NCBI GenBank assembly: GCA_001662655.1
Contig: KV460226.1
Source of the DNA: Pseudogymnoascus verrucosus
Taxonomy: Eukaryota
Length of the DNA stretch: 64,000 nt
Reading direction: 5' to 3' (one strand)
Both the position numbers and the translations under genes were made by a program. Of this stretch, positions 13,463-26,499 are shown in pieces. A model generated the notes under the pieces. The model was not told the DNA's origin and made no database searches. It worked only from the letters and a program-made list of their open reading frames with translations. Position 1 is the stretch's first letter, and each line of letters starts with the position of its first letter.

Positions 13463-14538
13463 TCAAACCCAGAACTACTATTTGTGTGAATGGGATGGTA
13501 TGGACAAACACGATCATATTAACACTCAAATGCTGACTGAATTGAAGGAAAAGCGCCCACCAGGTTTCATTATAGAGTGCTGAGGGTTAGAGGTTATACG
13601 ACCTGTGGAAAGTTTTGGGCGGGACTTAGAGAAATTTTCAACAGCAACAAATCAAACGAGGGTGTAAGGTGATAGTAGAGATAGCCACAAAACATATAAT
13701 ATATTTGTTTTTCTAATTTGACATGAAGAAGTGAAGTTATTAATTTGTTTACTCCAGGTTGTAACCTCGGGCTTCAAGATGGAGTTTGTTGAGTAAAGTT
13801 TGGAGGGAGATGAGAGGGTCAGCGAATGATTTAAACGATTTCAATTGGACATTACAATTGAAAGTCAACGATTTAAATTGGATGTTACAAAGTAACCCAC
13901 TGATAAAGATATTTAGGCGCTCGAACAATAGCTCAGGTGTATCAGGTAATACTCCGTAGAGGTACCTAGAAGACCAGCCATTCCACCATGATAAGCTGCA
14001 ACCCTGAAGGTTCAACAACGACAGCTTGGGTAAGTTAGTGTAGGGTTACCCACGTGCCACGTTTCGTACAACATTGGAATCTTGTACGAAGGTCTATTCA
14101 AGTTCTGCGGACAGTCCCTAAGCTTTACGGGATTTCATGGTCACGATAACAGTGGATATACCAGACCCGTTCGTACGAATTCAAGGTACGATACACCACG
14201 CCGGCGGCCGGGAAGATCCGGGAAGAAGATCATATTGGGAGGCATGGAAGCCAGTGTTTTATTACGTGTTTTATTGGTTGACAGCTGGGTTGGAAGATGG
14301 GGTTAGGAGTATAGATTAGGCACGATAGACCAAATAGACGATAGAGTAGAGAATAGGCATAGATTAAATAAAGAGGTGAGAAGTTGGAAAGCGACAGAAT
14401 AAACCATAGATATAGGGGGGACAAACCACAAGTACAGGGCGGAGGGTTTGGGGTAGGATATATATATTCCAACAAGTCCAGCAGAGCACAGCACCAGTTA
14501 TATCGACAAAAGTAAGCAAGGCAGTGCAAGAACCGACA

Positions 14539-15090
14539 ATGAGCGACAGCGAGAAGCAAATGATGGAAATATTGGATGAGTGGTCGACGTTATTCACAGA
14601 TAACATAGAGTATCAAAGGTTGATTTGCAAGGAATGTAGGGTGGGGATAACAGTGGGGTTTGTAGGGAAGCATTTGAAGACGAGACATGGGATCAAGAAG
14701 GATATGGCAAACAAGGTTGAGAGGCATATACGTGCACATCATTGGGGTTGGGTGGATTGTTTAGGGTTGAAGCCGGAGGATGGAAAGGGTGCACAGGAAG
14801 GGTTGGATGTGATTGATGGAATCAGATGCAAATGTTGCTGTGAATTCAATTCGAGGTTGGTAGTGGAGGTGGAAGAGCATTGACAGTTGATGGGGCATGG
14901 AGAGATGAAAGGATGTTCGATAGAGGCGGTGCGGATGCAGCCGTGGGTTGGTCGAGACGGCAAGCGTCCGGAATTATGGGCTGTGGGGGAGAGGGAGGAG
15001 CGGGAGAAGAGTTTCAAGGGTTGCAAGGTTCAGAAGGGGCAAGCGGAAGAGTTTGGCGATTGGCAGTTGGAGATAATTAAGGAGGGTTGA
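14539..15090 (+). pseudogene. DUF3505/OrsD-like zinc-finger protein remnant
   Basis: LICKECRVGI..GKHLKTRH and a later GIRCKCC..EEH*..GH motif. Internal stop at 14881. Confidence 0.5.
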
Positions 15091-15881
15091 AAAGTGTTGG
15101 GCTGGGAGACGAATGGGTAGTTGCATTCGTCAACCCGGGGCTTGTGTATGAGCTTGTTCGCAAACAGTGGTGGTCGTCGAGAGAATATCTAGGCTTCAAT
15201 CTTAGTTCTCGTGCTGCAGGCAAACTCGTTCCGACATAGTGGTACACCGGCCAGGGGACCAGGAGCGCAATCGCAGACGTGATAAAGGTTGAGGCGTTCT
15301 GTTATTCAAAGATTTGGGCGTTATCACAGGTCACTTCTCCAGTTTCTGGTGCTGGAATCAGAGGGTCAATGTGCTGTGCCTCTATCTCGTGCGGGACCAA
15401 AAATGTCCCGGGATCATAGATACTAGGAGACGAACTGTAGATGACGAGTTAGATATATTAAAGGATTTTCCTGGCAGGTCCTCCAACTTCCTCGAAAAAC
15501 GATCGCTTGCCATACTGCAACAAGCCAGGTCTGAAATCCCAAGGATATAATTGCGGTCGAGCAGTTCAACATGTACGTACCCGTCCCAATCACCAAACAC
15601 CGCCCCTTCTTCTAATTCACAAATTACAAATGCAAGACAACAACCTCTAAGCCCTCCTTAAATTGTTGGAGCTGTAGCAGAATGTATTTTATTGCTTATG
15701 TAGGAAAACATTAAACTTCAAAATTCTGCCACCTTATATAGAATGTAAAACGTGGAAACACTGCACAACACAACACTGCTTTATACCATCACTATCAACA
15801 GATTAGTTTACTGAGACTGTGCTATTCACTGTAAGATAAACCACCGAAGGCCAATCAGTATGCATAACAGCGTGCCTACTC

Positions 15882-17770
15882 TTAAGAAATGGGCACTATT
15901 AATCGATCGATATCAGCAACTTCACTAAGTTAGCAAATCATTAGTCTCCAATCACAGTAGGAGGTAGATACTTACCATATCCACCATTATACGCCTCAAA
16001 CTTGATCACATTTGCTGAGTCTTTTTTGAGCGGAACAGTCAAGACAGAAGTCCCTGGAGTATTCCCGTTCGGAGTCGGCACAAAAGCGATTATGTTCGAG
16101 ACACCATTAACCGTCACATTTCCATATCTTTGAACCCCGTCCCCATTCTGCTGTTGGATCCGAATCGTTGTAGTAGTAGAAGTCCAACTAGAAATAGCAG
16201 GGAATGTCAAGGTGCCGTTTCCAGAGCCACCAATCCACCCAACAGCTTTGCCATTAGAGCATCCTGAGCATGATACGACTGTAGCACCCCCTATGAGGAT
16301 GTTAGAGCAGCTTTCAGCTTCTATAACTGTTTCCGTAGGAGGTGATGACCAGGTTCCAGCAGAGGGGTTAATTATCCAATTATTCCTGTTGTCCTATAGA
16401 TGCGTTAGCGGCATTTGATAATAAGACAGGTACAGGTAATACCATTGTGGCAGTAGTGCCTGATATTGTTAACGGTAGCCAGATGTAAGTTGATGACATA
16501 AGGTTGTTAGATACCCAGCGATCCCCCATATACATAACAACCCCATTAATAGATACCACAGCGGTTGTTTGGGAGCTGTATGTGTTAGAGCCAGGGGCTG
16601 CGAACGTTTTCCATTCTGCCCACGGGCCAAGGAGACTAGTTGCTGTAGTGTACACGTTGTCATTTGCATCTGTTCATGACGTAAGTTAGGTGCCATTTAA
16701 GGCTATCATAGGAAGTGTTCTTACTCCATCCTATCGTTTTGATATCAGCTGTTATCCATAGGAGAAGTGTAGAAAGGAGAATCTTACCAGTTAAGCTTGA
16801 ACCAAACATAAAATAAGTGCCATTAGACTTGTACATAGCAGGCGATTCATAATCAGCAAGGATATAGACTGTAGATTCCACGCTTAGGTAATCTGAAGAT
16901 AGCTTATCAATTCGTAGGCCATTAGATCGCTGAAGAAAAGAGTTAGGTATATAACTTCTGTATGTGTGCGGGGGCACATACGTCCTCAGAAAGGAGATAG
17001 CCACTACCATCAGTATCTATAAGCATTAATAAGCATTAGTTTCCATAACTCCTTTAACATTGCAAATAAAAGATAGATTGCAAACCTTTAAAAAGGCCCA
17101 TATCTCTTGATTCAAAACCAAGCGGCCGAGAAGAGCCTCTAAAATCACATTGTATTAGATATTACCCTTAAGAAACGAATAATGGAATCTGAGTCTTACT
17201 GATACGCATAATTGCCACAAACTGTTGGTGAAGTAGCAACTCCAGCTTTGGCTTCTTGGTAATCGCTAGAATCAATATGCATCCACATAACATATGTTAA
17301 TGTTTGAGAGTTGTAGATAACATGTGGTCTTTCGACAACACGGTTTGGCCCAAGATCCCCACCCGGTTGCAATGTTAGGAGTTCGTTCACAAAGGTCCAC
17401 TGAACAAGATCCTTAAGAAAATTAGTATAGTTCCGTAAAGCTGGAATTGAATACATACGGTACTGGAATAGCAGTTGATTGATTGGAATGCGCTCCCGGA
17501 AAGCTTGTTCTCCCCAATCCAATAGTACGTTGAGCCAACTTGGGTGATATCTAGAGAATCTTAGCCCTCCACTTCTCTTAATGAAGAGTAATCTCACCTC
17601 CTCCATGGGCTTGAACATGCTGGTTTGTCCCCTTTGCAGTCCAGGTCGCTCCAGGAACCTACCTCAACCGTTAGCTATTTTCTGTAGTGAGATATTTGAC
17701 TTGCAATTTGCTTCGATGCTAATGCCAAACTTATAAACAAAGCAGCTCCTAGTGTAATGAAAGTCAGCAT
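15882..17770 (-). CDS. GH43 (subfamily 24-like) exo-beta-1,3-galactanase with C-terminal CBM35, multi-exon
   Basis: Signal peptide, QIVPGATW..HVQAHGG, GDLGPNRVVERPHVIYN, YVMWMHIDSSDY, YESPAM, TYSSQT and YMGDRW. CBM35-like CSGCSNGKAVGWIGG..DIDRLIVP*. Confidence 0.85.
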
Positions 17771-17918
17771 CTTAGGAAGGTTTAATAAATAATTGCGATG
17801 ATGTTAAAGATCTCATCATACGCATGGATACCCCCATATATATATGTTTGAAGGAAGTAGAAGATTTACTAATTTTGCAAATCTCTAGACTTTGCCTCTA
17901 TGCCCCATGATTTCATGC

Positions 17919-18144
17919 GCTAGACGTGTTAAGTGCTAATGTTGTACCCGAGGAGCGGGACGGACTGTCATAGACCCCAACCCTAGCGTGAAGTAACAAT
18001 TCGTTCCTTACCGGCCCGAGCAGCTCCTATCGAATAGGCTCGGATCGTCAATCATTTTGCCTCAACTTAGGACTTCTCCATGCGGGGAACCTCCGGGCCC
18101 CTGCTCACACCCCTTACCCCGCAAACCCAGGCGATGCAGCGATA
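17919..18144. repeat. Left arm of a long inverted repeat (partner 19480-19803)
   Basis: GCTAGACGTGTTAAGTGCTAATGTTGTACCCGAGG... is the reverse complement of 19625-19803 with few mismatches. Weaker similarity extends further inward. Confidence 0.9.
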
Positions 18145-18915
18145 CGTTCCAATCCAAAAGAGTTTGCCGAGCGCATGATAGACCACCTTGATCTCGCGAC
18201 TACTGCCTATCCAGAACGAAACTTAGACCGACAAGTGTCACCTATCTTATCGCTGATGCGGAAGGTTTACAGCCTGGCACCCAGACAGGTGAAATTACAT
18301 ATGCGTACCCTCCTCTACCAACAGCAGATGATCGAGCACAGCCACTAGGGAAAACAAATACACTCTGTTCCCGTATTCTAAGACTATCGACGACTCCTTT
18401 CACGCCTATAGTGCGAGAAGAACTCTCGAGCCTGCTCTTTGAAATGAGTGACAAAGATGCCAACAACTTCGTGCAGAACGTCGGCTACGGCTTTTCCAGT
18501 GGACTCTTGTTCCGGCAGAATGTGCAGGTTCCAGACAATGCCTTAGAGGCATGGAGTACTAGCGACACCGGTGGCGTGACTGAGAGGATCAGCATGGGAG
18601 CTCGAAATAGTAGTAGTAGCAGCAGTATAAACTTTGGTAATGTGGCTGGAAAGCAAATTAACCCGATTACGGAAGCAAACAGTAGAGACGGAGGAACCAT
18701 GGGAGGGCCCAAAGATGACGAGGGAGGAGAGGGAGAGGGAGAGGCTGATGGCTATATTCGACGGGTGAGTAAATGCTATGTTTGTTCCTAGTGACTTATC
18801 TATGGATTTAAACTAATGAGTTTCATAGAGTTTAGAATAACGATAAAATCAAGGCAGAAAATAAAATGAGGGACATGCAGGAAGAGGGACGGTTTGAGAG
18901 TTTAGGGATGATTAT
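18145..18915 (+). pseudogene. Ric8/synembryn C-terminal fragment
   Basis: ERMIDHLDLATTAY..VSPILSLMRKVY, PTADDRAQPLGKTNTLCSRILRLST, LLFEMSDKDANNFVQNVGYGFSSG and INPIT. Frameshifted. Confidence 0.8.
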
Positions 18916-19479
18916 TCGAGCTGAGAAGCAGTGTTGGATTAATAACCTGGCGAGCGATGTGTATAGTGGGGTCGCCTAGATTGTTTCGGGCATGAAAAAA
19001 TATGATTGCAATATGATACGTTTCATCTTGTTTCTTTGATCATTCCTAAGGCTGTCTTCACCTGTATGCACCTGTACAAGTTTTTTGATCCGTCCGCGGG
19101 CGTCAATGGCCTACCCCTCATATTGTGCTTCTCCAGTACAATTGTGTAGACCCGTAATCGTTCCCCATCATGCAGGATGATCCATTTAACGGACTTTGCA
19201 AAGTTCGAAGACACAACAGAGGCTGACGCTAAAGCTGAAGATAAAAGCGCCAGGAAGAAACATGTCGCTACTGACCGACGGCCCCTTACATGCGAGTGCC
19301 AATTATCACGATCACTGTGCTAGTAAACATCCCCGTGTGGAGGCTCCGTAGATCATTTACAGGCCTGTAAGAAAGATGCCGGGATGGAGCGGATAAGATA
19401 TATGATCCCTGTATCATATCCGACTTGCGCCCTTTCTAGACAGACTGTGGATCTGTATTATCATTTTTGGAGTGATAAT

Positions 19480-19803
19480 TTATCGCTACGCCACTTGGGT
19501 TTGCGGGTTGGGAGCGGAGCGGGAGCTTCATTCCCCGTGGGTTGCGGGGTGTGGGGTGTGGGGTGTGAACAAGGGCGGCTCGGAACCTTCCCCGTGGTTT
19601 GCGGATATGAGGCGTGAGCCGGGGACCGGAGCTTCCCCGCGTGGAGAAATCCTAAGTTGAGGCAAAATGATTGACGATCCGAGCCTATTTGATAGGAGCT
19701 GCTCGGGCCGGTAAGGAACGAATTGTTAATTCACGCTAGGGTTGGGGTCTATGACAGTCCGTCCCGCTCCTCGGGTACAACATTAGCACTTAACACGTCT
19801 AGC
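19480..19803. repeat. Right arm of the inverted repeat (partner 17919-18144)
   Basis: Ends ...CCTCGGGTACAACATTAGCACTTAACACGTCTAGC. Longer than the left arm on its inner side. Confidence 0.9.
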
Positions 19804-20382
19804 AATGCATTTTATTGGTGCCCGCCCCCCGAACCTCAACCTTTGGACCATATATCGCGGGGACGGGCTTCCCCGCTATGTTCGTGTTCAATGCGGGCAT
19901 GCCAAGCCCCTTAAAGCAAAGGCTGGTGGTATAACACTAGAATATCACATCCGCGCGAATAAAACTTCAAGAACAAGAATTTTCGGATCCACATCCAGCG
20001 TTTCAGAACTTAGATTGTCTGACGTTTGTAGGCCGGAATGGACCCTGAATTTTACACCCCGGCGGTCCTCATTTCATACCTCAGGTAGCAGCTTAGACTT
20101 ACCCCACATCTATCAGGAAGCTGGAATGCATTGCTTGATGTCTGATCCCAAAGGTAATTCGCTACTCAAATATTAACGACAGCCTTATTTCTTTCATCCA
20201 GAAGCTCCGGCCTACTGCATAATAATAGTAATACAGTTTAGCGTTCTCGTTTTCCACGTATGAAATTGGAATTACCGTCTATATAAGGTTGAAGAATTCC
20301 CCAACTTGTGGTTTGTTATTCTACAACCTGCACGCTTGTACTACTAAAGGCCTGTACCGTTTTGTTTCTGGAACACTTCATC

Positions 20383-22783
20383 ATGGTTGGCATTACGAAG
20401 CTGATCGTAGTCGGCTTACTTGGCCATGTGTCCGCCATATCAAACGCATCATCAAAGCTTTGGTATGGCAACCCCGCAGGCAATTTCCAGGAAGCATTGC
20501 CGGTAGGTAATGGCCGGCTTGGTGCTGTTGTTTTTGGAACCATCGCAGAGAAAGTCGTCTTGAACGAGGATTCCGTTTGGAGCGGCGGTTATCAAGATCG
20601 TGTCAACCGCAATGCCCTTGGATCATTTCCTAACGTGGTGTCAAATCTCAACAACGGGGATGTTAGTTCGGCAGATAGCCTTTGGAACTCCGACTTGGTA
20701 GGAACACCGTCTATATCGAGAATTTACCAACCTGTTGGAAACATGATCTTGAATTTTAACCACGATGCGTCGCTTGTCTCGAACTATAATCGAACGCTAG
20801 ATCTGAAGACTGCAAGCAATGTGGTTTCATACCAGATAAATGGGGTCAAATATACTCGTCAAGCTATCGCCAACTATCCCAGAGGTGTAATCGGTTTCAG
20901 GTACACTGCCGATCGCCCTAAAGCCCTGTCCTTTACCATCTCGTTAAGTCGAGATCAAGGCGTAAGAAGTTTGGATGTAAATGTGTCAAATCGTTCTATC
21001 ACACTCAATGGCAAAGCACCGGCCGACTCGGGTTTGGACTTTGCTGCCAAGATTAAAATTGTCACAAGCACTGGTGAGCATGATCTTCTTCTACTACGAG
21101 CAATATTAACAGTTGTCAGGCACGGTAACGTCCACCACAACTGCCTTGACGATTACAAATAGTCAAGTTGTAGAAATATACTTTGACGCCGAAACTGCAT
21201 TCAGGTATCCATCCGAGCAGCAATGGTGGAACGCAATAGACTCGAAAATCGACGGGGCAATATCTGCTGGGTGGTCATCATTTTATAATGAATCCATAAC
21301 GGACTACCAAAATCTATACAATCGCGTTTCCCTAGATTTAGGGAACTCTGGAACCGTAGGAACAGCCGAGACTGGCACCCGTCTGTCAAACTGGAGATCG
21401 CAAGGGGGTGTCAACTATGATCCCGAACTTCTAACTCTTGCCTATAACTACGGGAGATTTCTTCTCATCGGATCATCTCGCCCCGGTAGCTTGCCAGCAA
21501 ACCTCCAAGGAATTTGGAATGATAATTTTGATCCGTCTTGGGGCTCGAAGTTCACAATCAATATCAACATACAAATGAACTATTGGCCAGCTGAAACAAC
21601 AAACCTTGGAGAGACCTCTATGCCGGTCTTTGATCATCTGAAACGAATGCAAAGTCGAGGGCAGGATGTGGCGAGAACGATGTATGGGGCTGGGGGATGG
21701 GTCTGCCATCATAATACTGATCTTTGGGGCGACTGTGCTCCACATGATAGCGATACGCTCTGGTCTGCAAACCCGATGGGCGGTGCCTGGCTTAGTCTGC
21801 AGTTGATCGAGCATTACCGATTTTCTAGAGACAACAACTTTGCAGCAAATGTTGCATTGCCCATACTAAGTGATGCTCTATCATTCTTTTATGATTTTCT
21901 CATCCTTAAGCCCGATGGATACTACGCAACAGGCTATGCTGCATCTCCCGAAAACCAATATTACATTCCTGCGAACAAGTGCACTGGTGGTGCCATTGCA
22001 GGTTTAGATCATGGAACTGCTCACGACCGGCAAGTCCTTTATGAGCTCTTCAAAGGTTTTGTCGAGCTTTCGGATGCTCTCGGTAGTACTGCCGGCGTTT
22101 CACAAGCGAAGGATTATTTGTCAAAGATCAAACCTCCGATAGTTGGAAATAGTGGTGAAATACTAGAATGGTCAGGCCAATATGCTGAAAGGGAACCAGG
22201 GCATCGACATTTGTCTCACCTTGTTGCAGTGTACCCTGGCTCGCAAATCAGTCCTCTGCTTAACACCACACTCTCAAACGCCGCATTAGTCAGCATCAAT
22301 AGACGTATGGAGGCTGGAAGTGGGAATATGGGTTGGTCTCGCGCATGGGCCGCTGGAATATATGCCCGACTGCTACAGGGCAATGAAGCTGTGTCCCACG
22401 TCTTGTACCTCGTGTCTTCTTATCTCTCGAACAATTTGTTTGATTTGAACACGTCGGTATTCCAGATCGACGGAAATCTTGGCTTGGTTGCCGCGTTCAC
22501 AGAAGTCTTGCTCCAGAGTCACGCTGGTGTTGTGCATTTGACGCCTGCATTGGCAAATAATGTGTTAGCAGCAGGTAGTGTTAAGGGATTAGTGGCTCGA
22601 GGGAATTTCGTGGTAGATATCACATGGGCTAATCATGCTTTATTGACGGCGACCGTGAGGTCACAGATTGGTGGAATGTTGGCACTGAGGATCGCAGGAG
22701 GCACGACCTTCTCTGTCGATGGTGTGAGGTATAGTGGGCCAATATCTACGATAGCGGGAAGGTCTTATTCGATTACCGTGTAG
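20383..22783 (+). CDS. GH95 alpha-L-fucosidase (or alpha-L-galactosidase), secreted; intron 21074-21119
   Basis: EALPVGNGRLGA, YGRFLLIGSSRPG, PANLQGIWN, WGSKFTININIQMNYW, HHNTDLWGD, HRHLSHL and FQIDGNLG. Confidence 0.93.
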
Positions 22784-23249
22784 ATAGAATTAAATTTTAT
22801 TTACGTGTGGCTTTGGCGGGAGATCGTTTAATTCAAGTCTCAATCCGACTAGTGAAGATATAGGTCTGGTCTAGGAATTGGATAGGTAGACGGTTCATTT
22901 TCTTGGTTCTAGTTTCTTCAAATGGGACTACGTTTTCTCCTTCACCAACTTGCTCGCGGAGCCAGTGTTGGTGAATATCCACATGTCGAAGCTTGGGTAT
23001 TGGCTTTAGTGCATCTTAAATCATAAGACGGACTGTCTGAAGGTTGTCACAGTGGAGCGTTGCATCCTGATGAAGCTCTAGTTTGATTTCTAAGAAGGGT
23101 CTAAGCCACCATATAAGCATTGTAGATGTGTATCACAAGTCGAGGCTTTTTCGGAAATCGTCGTACACATTTATAAAACCTATCCTACCACCTATTATAG
23201 TTATCTAACTGTACCCTAAACCCCTGACTTGAAGCACAAGGCGCGCTTG

Positions 23250-24250
23250 CTTATTTCCCCATATAGACTTTCTTTTTGTCTTTTCGAAAGGCGATCGGGC
23301 GGAGGTCGATGCCTACTGTGATTAACCGGTCTATTAATTCGCCATCTGTCAGTTCTGGAAGGAATCGTGGCGGGACTGGAGAGATGGATTTGAGAGTGAT
23401 ATGCCGCACGGAAAGGACAAAGAAGAGAGCAAATTCGACAAATATGTGGTAACTATGGCGCAATATTAAGCATGTACATGGATAGTTTCTTGCATGTACT
23501 TAAGCTGACTCTGGTCTCCCAAGAAACAGGACCTGCCTGAGTAATTTTTGAGAATCTTCCTCGAAGAGGCCAAGAGTGTGGAGGTGGGCTTTGAGTGGTG
23601 GCTCGTGGCGCAATTCGTATTCGAGCGATATAGCGTCGGTCCACTGTCCATCATCCAGTTCTTCGTTTAGAAAACAAAGCTGCTGTAGTCTTGCTAGCTT
23701 GCTATTAATTTCATTATCATCTACCAGAAAGGTACTTTGTACCTGTCGGAAGACTTCGCCGAGTTTATGCAAATACCACACGAGGCGACCCTTATAAAAC
23801 TGTACCATCGTGGGCCGGAGCAAATCTTTAGTCTTGTCTCGGGGCTGCCAGGTTCTCGACCCAGCGCTGAGCCCGATTTGGAGTCTCTTGAGCATTTTCA
23901 CGTCGTCCGGACTGAGACCTCCATTCTTAGTGATGTATACGACGGCAGTTCCATCTACCATCTGCAGAAAAGTAGCACAGATGTCTTTTGCCTTCGCCGT
24001 TTTGTCCTCTCCGGGGCCTCGGCCACCTGGAGGGATAGCGGCCATGAACTCGGCGAGCCTGTCAAGGAGTGCTGCTTTTAGCCGTTCAGTCCCATGTTCG
24101 CGCACAAGCTTTCGCGGCTCAATCGTAGCATCATCATCGTCGTCGCTGGAGGAACCATCGTCATGTTGGTGGTCGTCATCCTTCGTGTTGGCTGTTTGTG
24201 CGGAGACTTTAATTGCATCGTCGGGATCTTGCTGCTGGCTTACTCATCAA
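23250..24250 (-). pseudogene. Degenerate hypothetical gene, resembling the N-terminus of fungal OTT_1508-like deaminase-family proteins
   Basis: LLDRLAEFMA..ICATFL..TAVVYITKNGG pattern. Broken into several frames and no catalytic HAE motif seen. Confidence 0.3.
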
Positions 24251-24314
24251 CGTTGAAGCCAATCTGTGATCCACCCCCAATTTGGGGGGGGTTTGGTCTC
24301 GAGCCGTACTGTCC

Positions 24315-25669
24315 GCGAGATAAAGCTACTGCGGCACTTTAACCATAAGAATATCATTCCTCTCCTTGATATTCAGAAGCCACAGAGCTATGAAAAGTTC
24401 TCGGAGGTCTACCTTACCCAGGTATAGTAATACCTTCCATCGTCCCTTCGTTCCTGACATGAAGTAGGACCGCATGAGGTCAGATTTGCGCCATTACATG
24501 AGTAATAATCATCTATCGGCCGACCGCTGCTAGCATTTTATCTACCAGATCTTATGCGCTCTGAAAGCTCTTCATTCTGTAAAGATCATGCACAGGGATA
24601 TTGTGAGAGTCATATCGCTCGGTGATTCAAGACAGGTAAGCAGCATGGGGTTTCGTAGGTAATCATGTTCTATTCGGAGGTAGCTATTAAAACTAGCCGC
24701 TGGCTTCCTATTGAAGCCAGCTCGTTCCTACTTATATACTCTGTGTGCGCTCGCCGAGCTAGACGAGAGCACAGATTTGCAGAGTTGCCTATTGCGGGGC
24801 CCCGGACACGTTCACGTGACACAGAAGGGGGTCGGCTGTTAATTGAGAACTGCTATATATACCTGTACTGGCAACTGAACTCCGTTCAGTTGTTACAATG
24901 ACTTTTGTGGGGGCACTTTGGTCTGTATTTTGCCAGGGGTACAGGCCTCGCCAAATAACACGGCCGACTCCTGATCGTGACAGATATTAAGCCAGCTAAT
25001 ATACTAATTAACTCGGACGACCAACTTAAAATCTGCGATTTTGGCCTTGCGCGTTCTCCCCGATCTGAGAATAGCTCAAGTTTAACTGGGTCTGTTATGG
25101 CTAGGGGATATCGCCCTCCAGAAGCGGTGTTGACACCCGGAGAATGCACTCTAGCCGTTGATATATGGTTCACAGGCTGTACTTTCGCCGAAATGTTAAG
25201 TGGCAAGCCGCTTTTCCAGGGGTGGAATCGTAGGTAAAGCTCGTCCGTCAAGTTCATGTCTAATTTTACTTCAGACGACCGCCTCCTCACCAAGATTTTG
25301 AATGTATTGGGTAACCAAGACTACATGTGGATAAGATCTGAAGATTCTCGCAACGCTATCATGTCTAATTACAAACCCGAGAGGAAGGTGCCTCTCATGG
25401 ACAAGGTTCCTAAAGCCTCAACTTCCGCCCTCGATCTACTAAAGAAGCTCCTACAATTCGACCCTACAAAACGTATTAGGGCAGAAGAGGCCCTCAGGCA
25501 CGAATATCTGAGGGAGTATCACAATCCGGAAAATGAGCCAAGCGCAGCTCCACTACCTGAGAGCTCGGTTAATTTTGAAAGTATTGAAGATATGGAGAAG
25601 CTCAAGAAGGCGATGTATGAGGAGATTATGTCATATTTTCCCAGTTCAAGCACAACAGGTCGAGCCTAA
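24315..25669 (+). pseudogene. Fus3/Kss1(Pmk1)-type MAP kinase pseudogene interrupted by a solo LTR
   Basis: HFNHKNIIPLLDIQKPQSYEKFSEVYLTQ, FIYQILCALKALHS..HRD|IKPANILIN..LKICDFGLARS, LDLLKKLLQFDPTKRI and YHNPENEP. The TEY motif is lost (TGS). Confidence 0.85.
24602..24982. mobile_element. Solo LTR (381 bp) with 5-bp TSD GATAT
   Basis: GATAT|TGTGAGAG...CGTGACA|GATAT. Removing it restores the kinase HRDIKP motif. Confidence 0.85.
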
Positions 25670-26499
25670 CTGCGGTTGCAATGGACCATCCTCTGCTGTC
25701 TCTGGCTATCCCATTCCTCTTGTACAAGTGCCTTTGGGTGAAATCGCTCTGTACATTTCGCGAAATTGATGACCGCTTTGATGACTTGGTGTTTGGTTTC
25801 CATGTGCATCTTGGTCCGTCAAGCACAGCTTCTATTATGCGGCTCCCCCGTCCACTCCACCCGCCTGGTGCGTAGGACAGGTCAGCCCCGTCTCTCTCCA
25901 ATTGCAGCCCTCAACTCCTCTCTATCTTGCGTCCAGTTCCGGCATTAAAGAGGAAGTGTTGTGCTGTCTCTACTGCCATCCCACATGAGCATGTTCTAAA
26001 ACCCCTTACTCTTAACACTGTGCAAGTATTCGTTTAAGGGTGAGTGATTGGTGTTAAGCTAAACAAGGATCCTTGCCTCAGAAGTTCGAAGTTGGTTTCA
26101 GATTGCTCGAGTTTACATTGATGACAACCGAAACTACCTGCGAGGCCCAACGGAGAGTTTGGAAATCCAAAATGGCTTGCTTGAGCCAGCCAGGCGCCCG
26201 ATGATTCTCGACTGTCTGAGGCTATGAGCTTCCCGTGCTCCCTGGGTTGACGGAACGAGAAAGACTCGAGAGCCCTTCCATGGTGACGATGACGGCCACT
26301 GAGCTCTCCTCCAATAATGGCGGCCATTAGGATGACATCGAAGTTCTTTTCTGCCCTTTGCATCTTTTAGGTTAAATACAATGCTCGTGGAGCCAGGCCA
26401 AACACAGTGGTTTCCGACCACTCAATCGCGAGGTTTTTCATCTTAGCACCCTTCAAAGGCTATTATATTGACAGGGCATAGGCGCTGGCGACAGGAAAC

